Source: Tubiluchus corallicola | Taxonomy: Eukaryota; Animalia; Priapulida | Length of the DNA: 64,000 nt | Assembly: GCA_030141605.1 (NCBI GenBank) | Contig: JAQGDQ010000048.1 | Coordinates: 248,001-312,000, forward strand | Direction of reading: 5' to 3' | Part shown: piece after piece, positions 57,001 to 64,000 of the stretch | Layout: each line of letters starts with the position of its first letter | Position numbering within the stretch: position 1 is the stretch's first letter | The notes under the pieces: generated by a model | The model's database searches: none | What the model was told of the DNA's origin: nothing | The model's input: the letters and a program-made list of their open reading frames with translations, nothing else | Position numbers and translations under genes: made by a program

Positions 57001-60000
57001 GTTTACACGAACTTAACATAATCTTGTTTGCTTTTCAATGTCAGTCATGTTAGTGTGCAACACACAGAGCCAAATGAAACAGCAACTGGTCAGTATCACA
57101 GTGCCCCTAGAGTTATAGTAATAACTTTAAATTTTAATTATTGACGAGAAAAAGTGCAGAAAAGACAAGTGGAAAGTCTTGTGTCAATAATGTTCAGAGA
57201 TAGACGGAATCCATGTACAATGTTTATCTATTTCCCACAAAACTGTCATACAACTAAGTTCAAAATGTTTTATTAAAAATGCATAGGGCTTAGTAATAAC
57301 AAAATAGTATTGGGCTAGTAAAAACCAACAAAAGCATTTTGCATAAAATCTATTTTTTTAAATCATCATCAACATGTCATCATTATATTTGTCATGACCA
57401 CCATATTCATCTCTGTCATTGCCCTCGTCTTTAACATAATTTCGCCTCATCATTTAATTAAACGACCATGAACTCTACTTTAGTTTAAATATAGCTTATT
57501 GTAAACATGACTACACTTAGTACACTTTTGTTTTATCACTGTAAAGTGGGATTGTTATTGTAAATTTACTCATTCACTGTTTTGTGTTGTAAACCACTTT
57601 TTAATACATTTCTAATAGTGCTATTCAATTAGTTTCTTTAAAACACTTTCCAGTTTGAGTTTACTTATTCATCTTATTTTTGAGAAGCCCAAGTCTAGAA
57701 TTACCAACTGTTTTTTGTCGATGTTGAGATCTATTACATCATTATCCGTAAACTTATGTCTTTGTAAGTTTAGGTACACTAGCTTGCGTAATTTTTAAAT
57801 TTAAAATATTTAAAATCTTGGGGTAAATAAACCACTGATTTGTGACCTTTGTGGTCTCCGCCTTCGGCTGTCTACCCTAAAAAATTTTGCCTGGCTACAA
57901 ATAGGATTTGATTACCAAATTTTGTTTTACGTTTTGGCTCCATCCGGTTGTTTTAACCATTTTGTTGTCATGCAGCAGATCTTCACCTTCTTGTTATGGA
58001 GTCACACAAGTTGCATATTGATAAGCTTTAAACTTTTTATGGTCGAAAGTAGGGAAGTAAGAGCTACGAAAAAGAAAGCATACACTACACACAGCTCTTA
58101 TAATTATATCAATCATTATTTCAGTCATTTAAAGCTTTTGCTGTTTTTCAGCATGTATGCCTACATGTACTTTTTGTGGTACTGCTTTTGCTGCTTTTAG
58201 TGGACAAAATGCAAATGCAACTCAAGTACAAAAAATACGTTGCTTTTCTCATTATCTTTTAGTTTATTTTGAGCAAGTAAGAAAACTTCAACAATAGAAG
58301 AATGATCTTAGTAGAATGAGAGTTGACACGTCAGTAAATTGCAGCAGGTAACAACAACTACCGTCAGTTGATTAGAAATTCACCCAACAATACAGTAATC
58401 AACTAGTGTAGTGACAGGTTTGAAAGGAAAAAAAGACTAAGCACAATGCAGCTTTATTTAGCTAAAACACCTTGATGGAAAAATCAGCTTACACAAAGCA
58501 CAAACAATAAAAATTCTTTCTTTAAAGGAAACTGCAACACCCATTTGTTGTATCCACCCTGCAATTATCACAAAAAGCCACACAGTGGATTTTGCCTGCA
58601 TAGAATGTTAGTAGATGACTGAAGGATTTTTATATTATCTGGTGCTGACACAAACTTTGCCATGGAGTTAGCATTAAATTCTACTAAAAACGACACTGGT
58701 ACCAACATACTTATTTTGGAAAAAACATTTTCTCGTGGACCTGTGTATCAAAGTCTATTGACAATAATGTTGGTGTCAGCGCAACTTGCAAATAGTTTAG
58801 TGATATTAGTGATTTGCAAGTCTAAACGGCTACATACGCCAACGAATTGGCTTGTTGCAAGTTTGGCGCTATCGGGCGTCTTCATGACTTTTGGCAGTCA
58901 GTCAGCATTGACTTTGAGCTGGACAAAGATTTCAGTACCAGCAGTATACGTTATGGTATATTTTTTTATCACAGTAGCAGATATGAGCGAACCGTTAACA
59001 CTACTTGCTATAACCACAGACAGATTCATTTCTATATTAAAACCGCTACAATATAAGGTGATCGTTACAAGCAAACGCACTCTAATAATATCACTTCTAA
59101 TATGGTTTCTATCTACAGTTCAAGCATTCATTATCTTAGCTGAGCTTTTTGATGGTGACTGGACTTCTACTATATATTTTGGCATGAAACTAGCACAGCA
59201 TCTCAAGACTAAACGCCGATTTTTGCACCCTAGCTTATTTTTTGGTGTTGGCGTACTTATAGTACTTATGTATGCAAAGATCTTTATTATAATGCGCCAA
59301 CATCTACGAATAATCGGTACCACTTCTGGACAAAACCCCAGTTTTTTTCAAAAAAGCTTCCACCTGGCAAAAGTGCTCTTTCTTGTCAGTGGAATATACT
59401 TTATTACGTATCTGCCTGGTATAATAGATTACATGATAGGCAGCAGTGAGAACAAACTGAGATTTATGGGATACATAATGCGTTTACTGCATTTTCTAGT
59501 GAATCCTATTATATATGTGTGGAAGTTTTCTCATTATAGAAGTGCTTTGTTAAATATTCTCCACGTCAACAAAATAGACACTGACATCTCTGCATTCATT
59601 GAAAGACCACAGCCTGTGGTAACGATAGCAGTTGGTCACAAATAATCTGACACATACTACTTCTGATGGAGAAATAATCTGCAATTTCTTCACATGTGAT
59701 TCCATTTTACAAATGATTACAATTTCTTTAATAACAGTTTCTCTTGAATAAATGAACAAAAACTTCAAATTAGTGGCTTGGAGTTTTCCATTTTGTGTTT
59801 ATTGGATAAAATTCAAAGACTGATTCTGCCAGGTAGATGATCTGTAGTTCTTTCACATGTTGATGCTCCTGAACATTAGCATAAACATCAGATATTAAGC
59901 ACAATTATTTTATCTGTCAACACCTGGAACTTGTGTATACGATTAAAAATGTAAATGCGCCATAAGCATAAAACGAAGTTGTTTATGCATTTCATTCTTA

Positions 60001-63000
60001 AACATTTATGTAATTACAGAGATGAAGAAATTTTGCAAAAAGTTTTTAACAGGTACCTAGCACAAAATAAGTCACTCCTCTGAATCAAGTAGAGATGCTT
60101 CCTCTTCGATATTCCCAGGCTTTGACATTCTTTGTATTCAGTTCTTTGTATTCTCCCAGTCTCTAATCTCATGACACTTTGGCTGTTATGAATGTCAGCT
60201 ATAACTGTAATAAGCCTTTTAGAAAACTTCATACTCTTACTGTTAAGTTGACAATTTGCATTTGTTTCATACAGAAAAATGTACAGTGTAAGACATTTAA
60301 ATTCATATATGCATATCTAGAAATCAACAACATGTATAAATTTCCTAGTGAAATATTAACATATGTGCAAATATCATTGATGGATTAATGGATGATATAG
60401 TTTATCTTTTCTTCATTAAATTATTCCATAGTTCATTAACCCAGCAGATATGTCCGTACTGCTCTCTCTAATTCGCAGTTCGCTTGCACTTATAGCACTG
60501 AAAAAGTTGTATGAATAAACTGTAAATTGATATTGCTTATTAAAGCTATGGAAACAAGTCAGACACATATTGTCAGATACCACTGGTCCACTATTTCGGA
60601 TTTGCCATGCACACTAAAATTTAACTTTAGAGAATTCACTACACTGTCACGATTGGTCACTCAGGAGTCCCACTTCCGTTAAACAAGAATAATAATCTAA
60701 AATTAGGTAAGTTTCTTTTTGGACGCAACACATTCCCATACACAAGCTCTGCCTCTAGTTATGCCAAAGTGATCCTCGTGGATCTGATCGATTTCATGTG
60801 GTTGTCATACAACAGAATATCTTTGCTAATAAGCAGATAATGGCAATTTTCCCACCAAGATAATAATAAATGTTGATTAGGGTAATTGGTTGGCTCCCCA
60901 TTTTGGTAAAGTTCTTTCACTTCGGTGCATTTGTTGTCGGCAGATTGAACTTTGTGAAGTTCATTCAAATGACTGTGATGCCTGAGTGTTTCACTTCATT
61001 TACCATATTTTGGACTGTGAAGGCTTAGAAACTGGAGCACGTAATGTGACGTCAGTGCGTCAGTACATAGTTGATCGCTCCTTGCACACCGTCACCTTTA
61101 GGTAAATTTTTAGGTGACATCTTAATATTCTAAGTGGCATTTTAGAAACATACGTGGTGAAAAGTAGAGGAAGCAGTGATTTATGAAATATACACTAAAG
61201 GATTTACCTAAGAGGAAATGTAAACATTTTTCGCAAAATCCTGTTGCTGCTGAAGTTCTATGCCTGCAGATCTTTTTGCAGTTTGGTGATGCAAAGTGTA
61301 CTTACCATCTAGCATCTTTTAAATTCGTTTAGTATAAGATTCCGAAGTAACTTGCATCAGCTACACCAACACGTGGCAGGGAAGGGTAATAATGAGCAAG
61401 TGTTTCGGTAGAAGCAAGTTTCTCTTTGATGACTTCAACATTTTACTGGTTGTGGTCCTATGTTCTTTAATCCTTTTTAAGCAACTGTCTAAGTGTTTCA
61501 TTAAGACTGATTAATCACCTTTGAAGTTATTCGATTTTAATGGCAATTGAGAGTTTTTGTCTTATCAGGATGGCTAGTATTCTATTAGGACTGTTATTTC
61601 TAGTTTGCACGGCAGTTTGTGTTAAATTTACTAATATTTTCGTAAATTTCCATAAGTAGTTACCCAGTGATTTAGCCTAAACCTTATGGTTGCAAACGAA
61701 TTGCGTTTTATGTTCACTATTTCAAATTGAAATATTTTTGTCAGTTTCAGTAGCACATTTTTCAAGTCATCAATTGTAAAGTTAAATGCGCCACTACGTA
61801 ACGACTTTGACGTGCAGCAACTACGGGTATCTTTTCCAAAAAATTACTGCCTAGCTGCAAATTGTACAAGTTCATCTAACTTAATGACCAAACATGACCA
61901 ATTTTGTATTATACAGTGGATATCAGTCTCTTCTGTTATTAACGTGACTTTCATCCACCTGTTGTTAAAGCCCTAAAAAGACATTAAGTGCAGCGCTTGA
62001 GAAAACTGACCTTTGACTTCGAGTGACTCAATCACAATTGACCTAACTGTTTACAATTTTCTCATCTTTTCTACTAGAGAGTTGTGATTCAGATCCAGGA
62101 TGTGCATCATCATTCCTTTGGTTTCGGCATAGTCCGCTATGGCATTTCGAACACTTTGTAGAACTCTGGCTTGACAGCAGTACACTCTGTACAAATCTGC
62201 TGTCTTGACACTCATCAAAAGGGAGTTTCTACTTTTTCCTTTATTGCCTGATTTAATGCATTAGCATTTATATAAATTATGAACTTAATACTTTTCTGTC
62301 TCACCCTTTGTGTATGTATACTCAACTGCATTCAGCCAAGGTAGTAATGATGAATTAAGATTCTAAAGCATTGGTGATTGAATATTGTATTTAATGTTTT
62401 CTGCAGAAGCCTACACCAAACAATTAGTGCATCAAGGCAAACAATGCAACAGCATGACAAATTTTAAATTACCTGTAAAATCAACTAAAGGTTCATTTCG
62501 GCCACAAAAGTAGTAAGTTTCCCTCGAGTTATCCGCACGGAAACATGGAAGCCCTAAATTGTCGACAGGGAGCACCAATGGGGTGCTGACACAAAATTCA
62601 ATGTGAAAGGAGAAAAGTAAGCAAATTTTACTTTTTGTTGAGAAAGCAATACTAATTATGGCCTTGACAGAAAGAATTGAGCAGAAAAATTAATAAACTT
62701 TACATTATCTAAAGAAATAGAGCTTTCCTACTATATCTAAACAAGTCATTTTTTATCTACCACAAAGTTCCTTGGCAAGTTTCAGTTCCTTAAAAGTTGT
62801 TTTTTGTAATGAGTTTTCTGGAAGTCTAACTGTGTGTGTGAATCATTTCCCTATCATTTCTACTTTCTTTATTGATCATTCTAGTGCTGACAAGCCCCTG
62901 GCATTAGTATTTTTAAAATTTTAATGTTGAAGCTTATTATTTTATTGTTGAAAGTGCTCCTCGTGTTGATAACATAAAGCAATTCAAAATTCCAGTACCT

Positions 63001-63710
63001 AGAGTCACAAAAGTTACAGGGCACACACCTAGGCAGCAGGTACAGGGCACAATCTTAGACAATGGTGTACGTAGAAAAGCTAGTATTGCTTATGGGCCCT
63101 GAGACATGAGCAAAAATATGAAAAATAGGGCAAACTACTGAGTGCACCAGATATAGACAAGTGATAATTATAACACTATGCACATTAGTCAGTCACATAT
63201 GAGCATAACCTACAATTTTCGAAACAGATTAAACAGATGATAAACATGGTCGTGCTCACATATTTGGCTCTGAATTCATTTAGTCTTGTTAAATTACAGG
63301 CATTACTGGAGTTACTCTATAATTATAGTTCTACATGACTGCCATTTTAAAATTGTCTTACCTGAAGCAAAAGAAAGAAAATGAACCACACTGGGTCACC
63401 TAATCTAGGAACTAGCTCTAGACTATTTTAGTGTTATTCTGATTTATATTCAATGAACCATGTCTTTGTAATGATTTACATTTCTTTCAAGAAGATGCTC
63501 TTGCACAGTTAGTGTAATGTATATGTAATACTAAGTTGGAGGCACTGCTGCAAACTGATTTTGATTTCTCAATCTAGCAAGTTAAATTTACACTGCAACT
63601 ATTTCAGCTTTAGAGCAGAATCTGTTGGCAACTGCTGGTAAATATTGTGTCGGTGATGACATTACAATGGCAGATTGTTGTCTAGTACCTCAAGTTTACA
63701 ATGCACAAAG
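48090..63710 (+). CDS. GSTZ1: Glutathione S-transferase zeta / maleylacetoacetate isomerase; 3' end lies beyond the window
   Basis: Exons 48090-48101 (MAAK, tentative), 49601-49652 ([20 protein letters not shown] motif), 53768-53835, 54122-54202 ([10 protein letters not shown]), 55792-55869, 56256-56388 (SGIQPIQNL), 63608-63710 ([23 protein letters not shown]). Confidence 0.95.
50668..52221 (-). CDS. Flavin-containing monooxygenase (FMO5-like), intronless CDS nested in GSTZ1 intron 2
   Basis: GAGISG (FAD), [12 protein letters not shown] (FMO signature), GIGNSA (NADPH), YCTGY, C-terminal hydrophobic anchor; intact 517 aa. Confidence 0.95.
   Translation of the reverse strand: MAKTSVDVCIIGAGISGIVTAKCMLEVGFTAVVLEKLDFVGGLWHYTDDGYGVMKCTHINVSKENYCFSDFPFPDSVPDFPHHNDMAKYVEDYVTHNGLDNIIKFHTEVVDVMKEGEKWFVKTEQETEDGERIGHLYVCDGVVVATGHHAIPRWAKFDGEESFKGRIIHSVSYKDPFINEITGKNLLIVGIGNSAIDVAVDAATVGRCKKVVLSTRSGAWVVPNYVFGQPIDHYACRFFLKLPWRLASSILEFIVSTVHGHPQKWGLNPKMKALQTQPTVSPSLVHHIQRGNIRVKPNVLRMHESTVYFTDGSSEEFDDIIYCTGYHMSLPFLNEKTRNLVADETSNNLYLYKNVFSPGLDHTIAFIGFVQPASGGILTMAECQARWFAQLLKKHVKLPPKNEMLRNIKEEKDVAREKYYASARHTMQKDPIIYNDEITSFYGAKPQLWKHPHLAWRLMFSSCGAAQWRLQGPNKWKEAEYTVWNVPITGMMKLIGYLLACLIFFSLLFFFKLTGFW
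52725..52905. repeat. CA-rich low-complexity/degenerate microsatellite
   Basis: Run of cacc/acac/caca motifs. Confidence 0.7.
58662..59645 (+). CDS. Class A (rhodopsin-like) orphan GPCR, intronless, nested in GSTZ1 intron 6
   Basis: N-terminal N-glycosylation sites; seven hydrophobic segments; ANSLVI (TM1), [13 protein letters not shown] (TM2), TDRF (DRY), YLP (TM6), NPIIY (NPxxY); Kozak GCCATGG. Confidence 0.9.
   Translation: MELALNSTKNDTGTNILILEKTFSRGPVYQSLLTIMLVSAQLANSLVILVICKSKRLHTPTNWLVASLALSGVFMTFGSQSALTLSWTKISVPAVYVMVYFFITVADMSEPLTLLAITTDRFISILKPLQYKVIVTSKRTLIISLLIWFLSTVQAFIILAELFDGDWTSTIYFGMKLAQHLKTKRRFLHPSLFFGVGVLIVLMYAKIFIIMRQHLRIIGTTSGQNPSFFQKSFHLAKVLFLVSGIYFITYLPGIIDYMIGSSENKLRFMGYIMRLLHFLVNPIIYVWKFSHYRSALLNILHVNKIDTDISAFIERPQPVVTIAVGHK
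60650..61600 (-). mobile_element. Highly decayed Gypsy pol relic
   Basis: Minus-strand remnants VADASYFGI (RNase H-like) and [19 protein letters not shown] (pre-integrase region). Confidence 0.4.
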
Positions 63711-63737
63711 GTATGAATAAAATATGATAACATATTT

Positions 63738-64000
63738 CCAGGGGCGTCGTGCACCAAAAAAAATTAGGGGGGCCCCGACTGTATATAATGGCCGAACTTA
63801 ACTGTTTAAAAAACGTATAATTTTGAATTCCCACACCAGTATTTTGCCCGCAAGAAAAACGATTTATTTCTTCCCAACTGGCATTTAACTTAAAGCTATA
63901 GCTACAGAAATTTAATTAAAATTAAAAAATAATTTAAAATTAAAATTTAATTAAGTATTTATTAGCTGTCAGGAATCCAAAGATTCGACGAAAAGACGAC
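63738..64000. mobile_element. Probable start of a hAT-type MITE (truncated by the window end)
   Basis: CCAGGGGCGTCG...TTAGGGGGGCCCC terminus-like sequence; the other end is not visible. Confidence 0.3.

Overview
AT-rich eukaryotic (metazoan, probably marine invertebrate) genomic DNA with spliceosomal introns. It holds four multi-exon genes whose exons I traced by eye: CAPS2/calcyphosin-2 (+, ~1853-18878), SNRPE/SmE (+, 22578-28466, with a U12-type first intron), AP4M1/AP-4 mu (-, 29985-41405) and GSTZ1/maleylacetoacetate isomerase (+, 48090 to beyond the window end). Three intronless ORFs sit in unusual positions: an FMO antisense inside GSTZ1 intron 2, a class A GPCR on the same strand inside GSTZ1 intron 6, and an orphan 163-aa polybasic-CaaX ORF ending 147 nt upstream of the AP4M1 start codon. 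Introns carry many transposable elements: a young Gypsy-type LTR element with CG...CG termini and a 3-bp TSD (Troyka-like) that lacks RNase H, a 5S-rRNA-headed SINE with an RTE-like tail, an inverted pair of Penelope-type minimal hammerhead motifs, several decayed LINEs (one with a 2A-like motif), MITEs and a pogo/Tigger-like relic. Family assignments come from recalled motifs, not database searches.
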